Shown here one piece after another: positions 49,520-62,730 of a stretch of 64,000 nt of DNA. The stretch lies in the NCBI GenBank assembly GCA_951406725.2, contig OX597814.1, positions 190,960,001 through 191,024,000 on the forward strand. The letters run 5' to 3'. The position numbers and the translations under genes were made by a program. Source of the stretch: Octopus vulgaris (taxonomy: Eukaryota). Numbering within the stretch: the first letter of the stretch is position 1; each line of letters begins with the position of its first letter. Below the pieces are notes generated by a model. That model saw only the letters and a program-made list of their open reading frames with translations, did no database searches and was not told where the DNA came from.

Positions 49520-49897
49520 ACCAATTACTGGCATCAATGCACACATAAATGGTGCTTATTGCATGCCACCAGCATGGGTGGCCAGTCTGGCAGCACTGGC
49601 ATCAGCGACAACTACAATTTCCATTTTGATTTCTATTTGATTGAGATTTTGATTTTACTTGACTCAATAGGTCTCCTCAAGCACGGCATGTTGCCTGACG
49701 ATTCAAAAGGTACTTTTTAAATGGGCTGGTTATGCGACACTGGTATAGGCAATGGCTGGGATCTCACTTTACTTGCCGGGTCTTCTCAACCACAGCATAT
49801 CTCCAGAGGTCCCAGTCTCTTGCCATTGCCTCTGTGAGGCCCAACGTTTGAAGGTCATGCTTCTCCACCTCATCCCATACCTTCCATGGGTTCCTTC
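49520..49897 (-). mobile_element. RTE LINE fragment: ORF C-terminus and start of the 3' UTR
   Basis: Minus strand GRNPWKVWDEVEKHDLQTLGLTEAMARDWDLWRYAVVEKTRQVK-stop, matching the RTE C-terminal GRP..W..D...DR..W pattern. Confidence 0.85.
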
Positions 49898-50604
49898 CAT
49901 TGTTAGTGCTTTAGAATAAAATATCAGGTTTAAAAAACAATAAGTACAGGAGTTGATTTGTTTAACTAAACCTAGATTCATGGTTGCAATTCAATGATTG
50001 AAACAAATACTACAGTTAGTTATATTTCAAACATCTGATTAATAATGAAACGCTAAGTTATTCTACTAAATTCCTCTGAATTCTAGATTAATTTTCAAAA
50101 CGTATTGAAATGCATAGATATTGAATTCTGCTGGGAATATGGCTGCAAAGAGGTTAATCATTAGGAATCAGAGAAATTAATGAGAGAATGGAGGTCTGTT
50201 GGGAAAGATCTCAACACTGAATCAAATTTAGATCAAACACCGACATTCGGGAATAATAGTTGCTACCAGTAACAAGAACAAAGTCTATTTTAATGCGACA
50301 CTCATCCACAAATATTGACATTGACCGCAACCAGAAGTAGTGGTTGTATTAGATTCTAGATATTTACCTAGACAAAGCCTTCAGTCGAATCAATTATATA
50401 TAGATGAGCAAGAAATACTGGTCCAAATCATATAAGCGATCCTGATATTTTTAGATGGGAAATTAACAAAACTACTGATAGTAACTTGGCTACTGGAATG
50501 CTGCAGTGTCTACCTCAAAAGAGAAATTCTAAGAATTCTACTCAAGACATTTTTAAAATACACAAACTAAATTGTAGAAGTGAAGTGTGAGAGAGAGAAG
50601 GGGA

Positions 50605-50606
<2 letters not shown>

Positions 50607-50656
<50 letters not shown>

Positions 50657-50692
50657 CATTTAATATGTGTGTGTGTGTGTGTGTGTGTGTGT
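50607..50692. repeat. (TA)n plus (TG)n microsatellites
   Basis: Read directly from the sequence. Confidence 0.95.
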
Positions 50693-51118
50693 ATCATCAG
50701 CATCATCGTTTAACGTCCGTTTTCCATGCTAGCATGGGTTAGACGATTTTGACTGAGGGCTGGCGAACCAGATGGCTGCACTAGGCTCCAATCTTGATCT
50801 GGCAGAGTTTCTACAGCTGGATGCCCTTCCTAACGCCAACCACTCCAAGAGTGTAGTGGGTGCTTTTTACGTGCCACCGGCACAGGGGCCGGTTAGGCAG
50901 TACTGACAATGACCTCGCTCGAATCTTTTTACACATGCCACCGGCACAGGTGCCAGTAAGGTGACGCCGATAAAGATCACGCTCGAATGGTGCCCTTTTA
51001 CGTGCCACCAACACAGAAGCCAGTTAGCTGCTCTGGCAACGATTACGCTCGGATGGTGCTCTTGGCACCCTACTAGCACGGGCACAAGTGCCAGTAAGGC
51101 GACGCTGGTAATGATCAC
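50693..51118 (-). mobile_element. RTE LINE 3' UTR fragment (family E)
   Basis: Same subfamily as the 4912 copy, with about four tandem modules. Confidence 0.9.
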
Positions 51119-52056
51119 ATATTCATTCTAAATGATTAATACAGAAGGCAGAGTGTACTGGAAGCTTTATTTAGGACAACAATCGTTGCAGCTTATTTCT
51201 GCACTGCTCCCTAGTAGGTGGGGAATGATATAATAGAATCGAATGCACCCCATGTTGCAGAAGAAACCTTCTCAAGCCACATAAAGCAGTTCAGTATTAT
51301 AAGATGCACATTTCAAAGATATGTGTGGCAAAAAGTTATTGGTATCACATGCGTTAGTAGTTCACCAAAAGATTAAAATACACACACGTCGTCATCATCA
51401 TTTAATGTCTACTTTCCATAATTGCATAGGTCAGGTTACTGCACAGTGGGATTGAACCTGAAACCATTTGGTTGCCAAATGAGTTTCTTAACAACATATT
51501 CATACGTGCCACGTGACACCATCACTAGCAAAGTCTGCTTTGACATGCTTTTCTGGCATCCTAATGTGAGGTCAAGGTGTGAGGTGAATGAGACAGAATA
51601 TGATAGAGGACCAGAAAAGCTAAGTGCGCATTTTGCAATCATGTGATTCTAGGTTCAATCCCATTGCACAATACTTTGAGTGTTTTTTACTTTCACTTTG
51701 TGAGTGAATTTGGTTGATGGAAACTATGTGGAAGCCCGTTGTAAGTGTGTGTGTGTGTGCATGCGCGTGTATGCATGCACCTGTCCTTGTGTCTGTTTGT
51801 CATAGCCCTCACCACAACATGACAACTAGTGTTGATTTATGTCCTTGTAACTTAGTGGTTCAGTAAACAAGACCAACAGAATAAGTGCCCGACTTAAAAC
51901 CCATATCAATACTGGGATCAATTTGTCTGACCAAAATCCTTCAAGATCAGTGACTGAAACAAAAGACAAACAATAAGTTTCATGCTTTGAAATACTGTAA
52001 CTTTAAGAACAACTGGTCTCAGGCATGTAGACATTTAAACATATCTATTTAATCCA

Positions 52057-52138
52057 TTCATCCTCATTGTTCAACCGTGGTCGAGACAATGGAATTTACT
52101 ATGCTACGCCAGACTTCACGGTCCATACGCTTGGAGAT
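52057..52138 (-). mobile_element. Very short 3' end of another RTE-like LINE
   Basis: Minus strand MDREVWRSIVNSIVSTTVEQ-stop, followed by a GAT/GAAT-type tail. Confidence 0.55.
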
Positions 52139-52145
52139 AATTAAA

Positions 52146-52368
52146 CCCTTTAGCGTTCACATTATACTGTCAAAAGTAATGTTTTTTTTTTTATTCACAT
52201 GACTTTAATTAATCGTGCATTATCGTGTAGCTTTGAGATTTTGATGAGGTAACTTAAATTTTGGAATGATATTGTAGGGTAGGTGTGAGAGGCCACATCT
52301 GGCCAGACTGCACGTAAAACAGGGAGAATATATGAGGGCCAGATGTTGCCAGTTTAAATACTAAAGGG
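52146..52368. mobile_element. piggyBac-type MITE family 1 (reverse orientation)
   Basis: CCCTTTAGCGTT...AATACTAAAGGG|TTAA. Reverse complement of the 13385 copy. Confidence 0.88.
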
Positions 52369-52718
52369 TTAAGGATACTGACAACAACGAGAATAGTGAA
52401 GTTATATGGGGATGTGGTGGAGACTGTGCTAATGAAATAATACTCAAAGTAATTACTGTTTAGTCATGCTTAGGACAATCCAATGATCTAGGAAACATGT
52501 AATCATAATCTATACTTTTCCTTAACAGCAATTAATTGATATATAACACTAATAATTAGTTGTAGCTGTATGAAAAGAACAGAATGAGCAAAGCACACAA
52601 AGAAAAATTATGTCCAACATTAATCAATGACATTTCAACTTAATAATGTTCCCTTACTGAAAGATTGCAATTTCATTGTGAGTCAACTGTTGCAGAGAAA
52701 CAAGGATTAATATTTTAA

Positions 52719-52931
52719 CCCTTTAACATTTAAACCAGCCATATCCAGCCCATATATTTTGTTTTATGTTCACACTAGCAGGTCCAGTCTCTCACACCTA
52801 CTCTAAAATGTCATTCTATAAATAAACAATCATCATTAAAATCTCAAAGCTATGAAATAAGGCATGATTAATTCAAAACAATGTGAATAAATAAGCATTA
52901 CATTTGCCAGAGTAATCTAAATGCTAATGGG
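52719..52931. mobile_element. piggyBac-type MITE family 1
   Basis: TTAA|CCCTTTAACATT...AATGCTAATGGG. Confidence 0.85.
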
Positions 52932-53329
52932 TTTTAATATGGTTTACAGTGATGGAGTTGGTATATGTAGTAAAGAGCTGGATTAGATGCTATTTTCATA
53001 GTTTTTTTGTTTCTACAATTCAAGTTTTGATAGACTGATATTGCTTTTCATCTCATTGAGGGAAGTCTAATTCCAGCAAAAAAATACAGAAGACAAGTTA
53101 ATATGATGCTGAACTAGTGATAGAGCATTTACATAACTGCTTGATCTGGTAGAAGTAGTAGCCATATTCCCCTCAAATCATACTCTAATTTTTAAAAAAC
53201 ACAGTATGGTCATTACTGGAACTTATTTGCAAGTCAGTTCAGTCAAGGAAGACAAGGGTCTGAACCAATTTATCCATTCCATGTTTGGAATGTAAATTAA
53301 CATGAAACTTCGGAAGAAAGGTTTAATTT

Positions 53330-53672
53330 AGGCACAGGGATGACAGTATGGTAAGAAGTTTGCTCTCCAGTCACATGGTTTCAGGTTCAGTCTCACTGCA
53401 AAACACCTTGAGCAAGTGTCTACTGCTATAGACTCAGGTCAACCAAAACCTTGTGAGTAGATTTGGTATATGAAAACTGAAAAAAGTGTGCATATGTTGG
53501 GGGGGGGGGGATATGTCTTTGTGGTTGTCCCCACCACCACTGGTGTTGATTTGCATACCTCCCAGCAAAACAGACCAATAGACTTGTGGAGTTGCTTTCT
53601 TTGACTAAATCTTTCAAGGTGGTGCCGCAGCATGGTCGCAGTCCAATGACTGAAACAAGTAAAAGATAAAAG
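53330..53672 (+). mobile_element. SINE family A, diverged
   Basis: Head and tail recognisable. Confidence 0.82.
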
Positions 53673-54002
53673 AAGGATTCAGAACATTCTGAAATGGAAA
53701 CTTTGCCTCATAGAACCAGGGGCATTCTCAGTCAGATTGGTATCAAAACAGTTAAGATGATGGATAAAGTATCGACTGACAATTATTAGTAGCTGAGAAA
53801 AGTCGTCATGGAGACAAGTTCCTTATGAAGGATAGCCAGCAAACTTAGAAAAGTGAGAGAACAGTTTAAAAGGCAGCTTTTTTCCAGGTTGGTTTGTGTA
53901 CAGTATGAGGATGATTACTTGTACATTTCAGCATTAGTTGGTTGTATCATCAGCTACACAAGGACCAATGAAAATTATATTTTATACTGTATTACTAATT
54001 AT

Positions 54003-54249
54003 GTGGAGGCATGTGGCTTAGTGGTTAGGGTGTCAGCATCATGATTGTAAGATTGTGGTTTCGATTCCTGGACCGGGCGACACGTTGTGTTCTTGAGCAA
54101 AGCACTTCATTTTACATTGCTCCAGTCCACTCAGCTGGCAAAAATGAGTAACGCTGCGATGGACTGGAGTCCCATCCAGCTGGGGAACACATACACCATA
54201 GAAACCGGGTCCATGAGCCTGGCTAGGCTTTAAAAGGGCGCATTTATTT
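54003..54249 (+). mobile_element. SINE family D, full length
   Basis: 13-bp TSD tattactaattat at 53990-54002 and 54250-54262. A box TGGCTTAGTGG, B-like box GTTTCGATTCC. Confidence 0.94.
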
Positions 54250-54304
54250 TATTACTAATTATTAGTAAGAGAAACTTATAATCTAATATGATTAGTACTA
54301 GTAT

Positions 54305-54660
54305 GTAGATGGAGGAAGTGCAGGCACAACTCAGATATTTTTGGTTAGATATGTAGATCCTTTACAACAGCAGTGTCAACTGGCAACAGGTTTTGCAAAG
54401 AAGAACATATTTCATACATTTTTGGAGTGAAATGGAATCATCAGGAAACACCAAGGGCCTTTCACTCTGTCAAACTTGTGCCATGAATCTGAAGCAGAGA
54501 AAAAACAAAAAATGAGCTTTGGTGCACCTATGGTCTGGAGAGAAGCATCAAAGCTTTTAGAATGTTATATCTGGATGATTGATATTTCTGAACGTAGCTC
54601 CAAGACAAAATCAAAGAAAGGTTACCCAAATCTTGTATTCCACATTAAGACCTTTACCAT
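54305..54660 (+). pseudogene. Decayed Chapaev3-type (CMC) transposase N-terminal region
   Basis: RKCRHNSDIF..IC, FGVKWNHQETPRAFH, CQTC and MSFGAPMVWREASKLLECYIWMIDISERSSKTKSKKGYPNL (cf. M.FG.PM.WREP.NH..DCYFC...YP.L). Frameshifted. Confidence 0.75.
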
Positions 54661-54875
54661 ATCATTCACAAGAATATATATTACCTCCCTGACAATTTTG
54701 GGTGTGTTAATGAAGAGCTAATCAAGCATTTCCCCCCAAGACAAAGACTGGGAAAATGATGCTAAGGACAGTAGAATACAAATAAGATGGTAGACTGTTG
54801 TTAGCAACAAGACGACAACAAAAGTAATTTATTCTAAATTCATTGGACAAAATCAATATCTGAATATACACACAC

Positions 54876-55278
54876 TCTTTTACTTGTTTCAGTCATTTGA
54901 CTGCGGCCATGCTGGAGCACCGCCTTTAGTCGAGCAAATCGACCCCGGGACTTATTCTTTGTAAGCCCAGTACTTATTCTATCGGTCTCTTTTGCCGAAC
55001 CGCTAAGTGACGGGGACGTAAACACACCAGCATCGGTTGTCAAGCAATGCTAGGGGGACAAACACAGACACACAAACACACTCACACATACATATATATA
55101 TATACACATATATACGACAGGCTTCTTTCAGTTTCCGTCTACCAAATCCACTCACAAGGCATTGGTCGGCCCGGGGCTATATCAGAAGACACTTGCCCAA
55201 GATGCCACGCAGTGGGACTGAACCCGGAACCATGTGGTTGGTTAGCAAGCTACTTACCACACAGCCACTCCTGCGCCT
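54876..55278 (-). mobile_element. SINE family A, young CpG-rich copy
   Basis: Near-identical to 59576-59957. Confidence 0.95.
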
Positions 55279-55709
55279 ATATTTTGTGGACTTTCTTGTC
55301 ACAAATGACAGATGAGGTCTTCCACAGTTTCTAGATGAACAACCAGCACAGATGATCTGTTTATAGTGTTCAAATGTTTGTGTTGTACATTAGCTCTCAA
55401 TCCCTCCATCAAATTAATGCTACCTAAGCATGGAACACAGACGTATGATGATGATGATGTACAGGTACACAGTGTGCCACACATCAGATGTCAAAGTGAT
55501 TGCTGAGCAATGTGACACAGTGTTTTGCTCAAGGACAATGCAGTGCCTGGTCTGGGAAGCAAAAATACTATCTTGCAATTGTCAGTGCAACACCCTAAGC
55601 ACAGGGCTATGTGCCTTCACATATATATATATAAATAGGATTCTATCAAACCATCCAACCCATACCAGCATGAAAAGTGGACATTACATTATTATGATGA
55701 TTACATAAT

Positions 55710-55934
55710 CTTTTATTCTTTCACTTATTTCAGTCATTTGACTGCAGCCATGCTGGAGCACGGCCTTTAGTCAAACAAATCGACCCCAGGACTAGGGTTT
55801 GTAAGCCTAGTACTTATTCTATCAGTCACTTTTGTTGAACCACTAAGTTACAGAGGCATAAACACACCAACACCAGTTGTCAAGCAATGGTGGGGGAACA
55901 AATAGACACACACGTGTGTGTGTGTGCGTGTGTG

Positions 55935-55988
<54 letters not shown>

Positions 55989-56130
55989 GGCTTCTTTCTA
56001 CCAAATCCACTCACAAGGATTTGGTTGGCCCAAGGCTATAGTAGAAGACACATGCCCAAGGTGCCATGCAGTGGGACTGAACTCAGAACCATGTGGTTGG
56101 GAAGCAAGCTTCATACCACACAGCCACTGC
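55710..56130 (-). mobile_element. SINE family A
   Basis: Tail, mixed microsatellite linker and head. Confidence 0.9.
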
Positions 56131-57227
56131 ATGAGTGTGTCGTTAAGAAGCTCCCCTTGCAACCACTCTTGTTTGTGCCTTTGTATAAATGCATGCTTAT
56201 ATGACTGTATTGTGCAAACCAATGTAATCAAACTAGATTAACAGTATTTGTCCGAATTAACTCCACCCCACCCCCTAATCCAATGACTAATTTGCTTCCT
56301 ATACCTTAGTAGTTGTAAGTACTCCAAAATAAGGGAGGGGAAGCTATTTAACCATCTATTATAAACCTTCTTGAAAGCAGAGCCCAGTGAGTTACACTGC
56401 AATAACTGAAGCTAGTAAAAGAAGAATTAGAGAAGTACAACTACATCAAGAACCGGGCCAATTTAGTCATCAAATGGTACAAACATAAGACTCTGCATTA
56501 CATAGTTTGATGGATATCATACTTGAGAAAGTATCCCAGGGAAATTATCACACACACTTTGTAATCTAAAACAAACACAGTTTTAGGGCTCAACTTCAAG
56601 TTCAATGTCATTAATATAACTTCTGACATGTCTTGTGCACCTGTCAGATATATTGCTGAGACCGTATATAATTTCCATGTTTACTTAATATGCCAAGACT
56701 AATCTAGTTAAACACAAAGGCACTCAAACAATAGACTTTTTCCCCCTATAAAAAACAAACAGTATTTATGTCAGCAAATAGTAGAGAAAACAAATTATTC
56801 TATTAGAACTACAAAAACAAAGTCATTGTGACCCGACTACTTCCATTCTTATAACGAATCCTAACAACTGTCAGCAGTCATTGGACAACTGATAGGGACA
56901 AAAATAGACCAAGAATATTATATCATAAAGATCATTTAAATGTAATTAATAGGCACAACATAAATCTATTATATACTACTTTATTTTCTATGTTATAATT
57001 AATGGTTCCAAAATTCACCTTCACAACAAAATTTATCTTGCTCCAGCTCAGCCCTGATCTGGCAGACTTATGATCAAAAGCATTCCAACCACAACTGTTC
57101 CATATCTTCCGAAGTATTATCTCAAGTGCATTAAGACAGGTGTGATTTAAAGCTGATTAGGCTGTTATTTCTAACAGTCAAACAACTACATAGATGCTCC
57201 CTCTTTTTGACTTGTTTACCAATGTAA

Positions 57228-57622
57228 TCTCTCTATATATAAAGCTGAAGTTGTCTGTGTTATGGCAGGTTTGGTAGCCTTCAACTAACACTATCTCCTC
57301 CGAGACCCTGCGGTGCAAGTTGACCAAAATTGAGAGTATGATAGAAGAAGGCTTGCTCTTCCTTCCATAGAAGAAAAAATTCAAATCAGACCATGTTAAC
57401 AGCAAAAATTAATTACATCAAAAAGGTGCTTGTTTTTCTATGAAAATCCCAATTTTTTTACAATTTTTTGACTGCTGTGTTGCCATTTTTCGGTGTATTT
57501 CAACCAGAAAAATGTTCACTTAAAGAGAATAACAAGCTACATAATGCAAAATTTTTACTTTTCAAAAATTCCAATTCTAAAGGATCGAAACAAACCCGAG
57601 CAATGCCGGGCGATACTGCCAG
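57228..57622 (+). mobile_element. Non-autonomous Helitron (395 bp)
   Basis: 5' end A|TCTCTCTATATATAAAG, subterminal hairpin CCCGAGCAATGCCGGG at 57595-57610, 3' end CTGCCAG|T (CTAG variant). Inserted between A and T with no TSD. Confidence 0.82.
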
Positions 57623-58540
57623 TTACATAATGTATTAATTATTCTACTTCATACTGTAATTATTTAAGTTTTTAGTCTCTCACAACTAAGGCAATGTTGG
57701 TTACTTGTTTTTTTTTCTTTTTCTTTTTTTTTTTTTTGCAGCTTCTCATCCCTTCTTATAAATGGATGGATGATGATTAAAAGAGTAACAAAAATTCATT
57801 AAACTGTTCACATTTTGACTTTTCAGTGATGACATTTCATCAAGACAAAAGCAGGTTAAGGAACAGATGCCAGAAGAATGTCACAGTAAACTAGCAATAT
57901 TAGTAAGACTGAGTAACAGAGCCTTTTCTTATTCACAAGTGATTTTCTATTTTATTTCAGACACCAGAGATCAAATGCAGTCTCTTATTAATTAACACTA
58001 CAGAAACCTATGTGGCAGTCAAATGACATTTACAAAGAAAAATAGTTAATTGCTTTTGCTGTTGTTTTCTGTTTAACATTTTATGCTTAGACTAGCAATA
58101 AAGAGAGGTTTCTGAAAATATGCAATAAATAACTGCACTAGCTGGTTTACTGACTGAATTCTAAGATATGAGGAGGGTGTGCTAACACAAGAGAAATTGT
58201 CAAACGCTCATGTTGATGAAGGGGACAATTTTGTATGATTTATGATACAATTTTACAGAAATTTGAAATATTTGAATGAAGCCATTGATAATTCTTGACA
58301 ATATTTATTATTATGTTGGGTTTTATTTTTATGCCCATTTTCCCATGGTAGCATGGCTTAGACAAATGTATTACAGAGGAATCAATTCATAACCAAATAT
58401 CCTACTGTATTTTTGCTTTGTTTTTTTTTTTTTAAAGCGAAGTAAGTCTTTGAAGGTGCAAAACCAGTGGAAATTATTGATAGGATAAATAACAACGTCA
58501 CCATCTGTAATTGTGTAAACAAACACAGCCATGTCTGTAC

Positions 58541-58567
<27 letters not shown>

Positions 58568-58571
<4 letters not shown>

Positions 58572-58745
58572 CACCCTGCATGTGTATGTTAAAGGAGGGT
58601 ATCATAATCACTCGTCTTTATCTGTTTGTCTGTGTGTTTGCAAAATTACTGGAAAATAGCTGGACAGAGTTTCACCAAATTTGGCAGAAATACTCATTGG
58701 GTGAATGCTTGAAATGATAAAAATTTGGTTTGATTTTCTTCAAAC
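58568..58745 (+). mobile_element. Helentron/HINE (DINE-1-like) non-autonomous fragment
   Basis: TTATCACCC..GGAGGGTAT 5' structure, tctgtttgtctgt microsatellite and ttcaccaaatttggca block. Starts within a (TTA)n tract. Confidence 0.55.
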
Positions 58746-59575
58746 ATACATAAATAAATAAATACAAACATAGATACGAGAGAGGGGGGGTGCGTGTACA
58801 CACACACAGTGACAGGTTTGAGTGTTTCATTTATTTACAAGTTGATTTAATTTCAAAGTATAAAAACCTATAATGGTGATACTAAAATTTTTTTTTTTTG
58901 TTATTTAAAAAAAGATCAAACTTACATATTTCCCAATAAGCAAGTGGTCATATTATTTATATTCTACAACAAACTACAGTATGTTTGATTCACCTGCCAT
59001 CACTGAAAGATGTTGAAAACACAAATTCTATGCTATATTTTCGATAAGTATTTCATTTTGATCACTTTCTTTTTCATATGACGACTGTGAAGATAGCAAT
59101 ATCATCAGTACAATACAATCTGTGTTCTTGATGTAAATGGGTGACAAGGGAGACACATTTTGTGAGAGGGGAAACCAATTTTTTTTTGTCATTTTATCAA
59201 CTGAAGTGTGAAGGATGTAGACCAGGCAAAGATAAATACTTGGTAAAACTTGATAGCATGTACACTTGGAGGTTATAAGTTATTCTGAATATTTCATGAG
59301 AAAAGCACCCAAGCAAAGATTCAATGACTGTCTTCCTGCTATCACTGATGTCATTGGAGGAATATTTTGCAGGACATTGCTGAAGGACTAAGCAAGAATC
59401 CATTGGCTGCCCTAACAGGATGTTGCCTTGTTGACCTTTCTCATGCTATGCATTATTGTAATGAATGGCATGATCAACCAGATGAGGAATAGCTGTAGTT
59501 CACGCTCAGTCTGTTTATGAGCCATTCTATGCAATATCACAGACACATTACTCATCCAATCTACAATATCATATA

Positions 59576-59957
59576 CTCTTTTACTTGTTTCAGTCATTTG
59601 ACTGCGGCCATGCTGGAGCATCGCCTTTAGTCGAGCAAATCGACCCCGGGACTTATTCTTTGTAAGCCCAGTACTTATTCTATCGGTCTCCTTTGCCGAA
59701 CCACTAAGTGACGGCGACGTAAACATACCAGCATCGGTTGTCAAGCAATGCTAGGGGGACAAACACAGACACACAAACATACACACATATATACGATGGG
59801 CTTCTTTCAGTTTCCGTCTACCAAATCCACTCACAAGGCTTTGGTTGGTCCGAGGCTATAGTAGAAGACACTTGCCCAAGATGCCACACAGTGGGACTGA
59901 ACCCGAAACCATGTGGTTGATAAGCAGGCTACTTACCACACAGCCACTCCTGCGCCT
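59576..59957 (-). mobile_element. SINE family A, young copy
   Basis: Near-identical to 54876-55278. Confidence 0.95.
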
Positions 59958-60181
59958 GCTACATTTTTTTAATAAAAGGGATTGGCTAATCACTTGATGT
60001 TACAGGTGAGAATCTGTCTATCACTAATAGCAAGAACAAAGAAAGAAAAATCACATAACTGTCTTGCTTTATTTACCAAAACAACCCATGGTGCAACAGT
60101 GGTTATTGATAATATTTAAAATCTTCCCATATGGAAAACAAATACAAATAGAAAAACATTTTCTCAAATGTTTATTAATGC

Positions 60182-60233
<52 letters not shown>

Positions 60234-60639
60234 TATTTGTTAAACAGATGCCACTTGACATGGAAGCCATATTAAGTTTTCATGTGAAAGTAGAAAATGT
60301 TACAACAGAAACCTGATCTTAATAAAACTTGCCCTCAAAAAATATAAGATAAAATTACAGATTACCAAACACACAATAGCTAGTATATATAATAAGAGGG
60401 GGGAAAAAACATGGTTTGTATGGTATATATTATCTTGTGATATTGATCAACCAACTAGTCAAAAAAATGCATTTATTTGGTTAAGTCATAACAAATAAAG
60501 CTAGTATTAATGTTTCAATATAGCATTTCTAAAGAAAATGCTACTTAAATAGATTAGTTGATAGCTCTAAATCACACTGTGATACAGTTGTGGTCATAAA
60601 ATGAATGAAAATATATATATATATATATATATGTATATC

Positions 60640-60880
60640 ACTGAAAGAAGCCCGTTGTACGTGTGTGTGTCTCTCTCACTACTGCTTGACAACTGTAGTT
60701 GTAATATATACATATCCCTAACTTAGTGATTTGGCAAAAGAAACTACTAGAATAAGTACCAGTCATTAAGAAAGAAACAAAAGCACTGGTCTCAATTCAT
60801 TTGACTAAAAGTTCTTCAAGATGGTGTCCCAGCATTGCCACTGTCAAATGACTGAAAGAAGTAAAAGATAGAAGATAAAA
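60640..60880 (+). mobile_element. SINE family A 3' part, old
   Basis: ctgaaagaagcccg...cagcattgccactgtcaaatgactgaaagaagtaaaaga. Confidence 0.75.
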
Positions 60881-62657
60881 ATATATATATTCATTCATTT
60901 CCTGAATAAATATTTATTCACTTTCTTGAACTCATAAGGCCAACTATCCTGTTTCGATGGCAGATAACTGAGATCGCAACATTCCCCCTATCCATCGCAG
61001 GGTTCAAGGACATCAATTTTGGAAGGAAGAGGCAAGCCAATCACATCAATCCCAGTGGCTTGAAGGAAAGAAAAAAAATTTGAGCTTGGCAAGATTTGAA
61101 CTTAGAACATACAGAGCCAGAAGAAATGTTGCTAAGTATTTTTTTTTGTCCCGCATGCTAAAGATTCTGCTAGCTTGCCACCTTAAAGACTAAATGAACA
61201 TATTCAATACAGTAATATATTTAATGATGTATTATTAGAGCAAATATTTAGGGAGAAGCCAGATAGGGCTTTATGTAAAACTTTAGTTGTATTTCATTAT
61301 TTTTGGAACACATTTTTCTTTGTATAGCATTATGTTCTTAAAACACTTTAGTGCACTTAAATTCAGATATTGTTATTCAATTGCTTGTTGAAGATCTCAA
61401 ACTGTAATATTCAGGAATGAGTATTAAGCCAGTAAAGAATATTAACTGTGTGGGTGGATATAATTCTCAAGCAATTACAACAGTTTGTTGAATTGTCCTT
61501 ATGTTTTGATGAGGAACCTGATTTTCAAGTGATATTCAATGACTAAGAGCCAACATTGATATGATGTAGCTGGTTAACACATCAAAATATTATTTTATGT
61601 AAAAAAAAACAAAAAAACACTTGTATAAAAAAATTTTACCATTCATGTTCTAAGCAGGTTCTGTGCAGATTCTAGACATAACCACTATATAAATATTTCA
61701 ATTTTATTAAAAATAAGGAAAATAATAATTATTGTTATTATAAAGCATTAAACAGCTAGCATTTCTGTTTCACAATACTGTGTAATTCAATTTACAAGTG
61801 GCTATAATTGTCTTTTAAAACCTCGATGGAAGGGAGAGTGAATAACATTTCAATAATCCAAATTCTTTTTGTGGAGGGGAGGCAAAGATTTGCGATGAAT
61901 TGTTGAAATACTTTAAATGTGAGACCATTAACAGAAGTGCTTTCTAATCATACAGTTAAAACAGGACACCAACGGTAGTTGGGAGAATGACAGGCCAATT
62001 TGTAAAATTACATGAGTCTTGCTAGCTAAGTAATCAACAAAATGATCTTTCTTTCACATGTACGCATTAACAATAAATACCTTAGTACATGCTTGAAGAT
62101 AAAAACATTTTCACAGATTTTCTTTTCCTTTTTTAGCTTTTTTTTTTTTTTTTTGAGGTGTGGGATCAAATTTAGTTGAATGAATAAATACGTTGAAATT
62201 TGAGTTTTAATGGTAAAAGAATGATTCAAAAGAAAAGAAAATTTCTGCTTAAATTGTTTAAATCCTTTCATCTAACAGATATTTTTTTTTTCTTTTCTTA
62301 ATAAGGAGGAGGGAGGAAGCCTATCAAGAACAGTTCTGAAGTTTTATAGGAAACAAGAAAACCAGTTTCAAATGTACGCTTATGAACAATACCGAAAATA
62401 TTTACGGTCATGTAGGAGGGTAAATGAACTATTTCAGAAAACATTAAGACAATTTTAGAAACTATTTCAGATAGTTCGGGTTTTATAAATAACGAGAAAT
62501 ATTGAATTTCATTTGTTTTTGTTTTTTGTTTTGTTTTTTTGTTTTTTTATTTTCTTGTCTATTTACAGAAATAATGTAACTCTTTGCTGCAAAAGGTTAC
62601 TAAATAAAATCTAGAAATGGATTTGAGTAGCTAAAAATAATATAAAAACTTCCTAAA

Positions 62658-62677
62658 CGACAACAACAACAACAATA

Positions 62678-62727
<50 letters not shown>

Positions 62728-62730
62728 TAA

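Noticed and set aside
50353-50400. ILDIYLDKAFSRINY, resembling the RT motif YLDFSKAFD
   Set aside because: Too short, with no supporting neighbouring RT motifs.
59200-59560. Possible RTE C-terminal relic on the minus strand
   Set aside because: Similarity is too weak to distinguish from chance.
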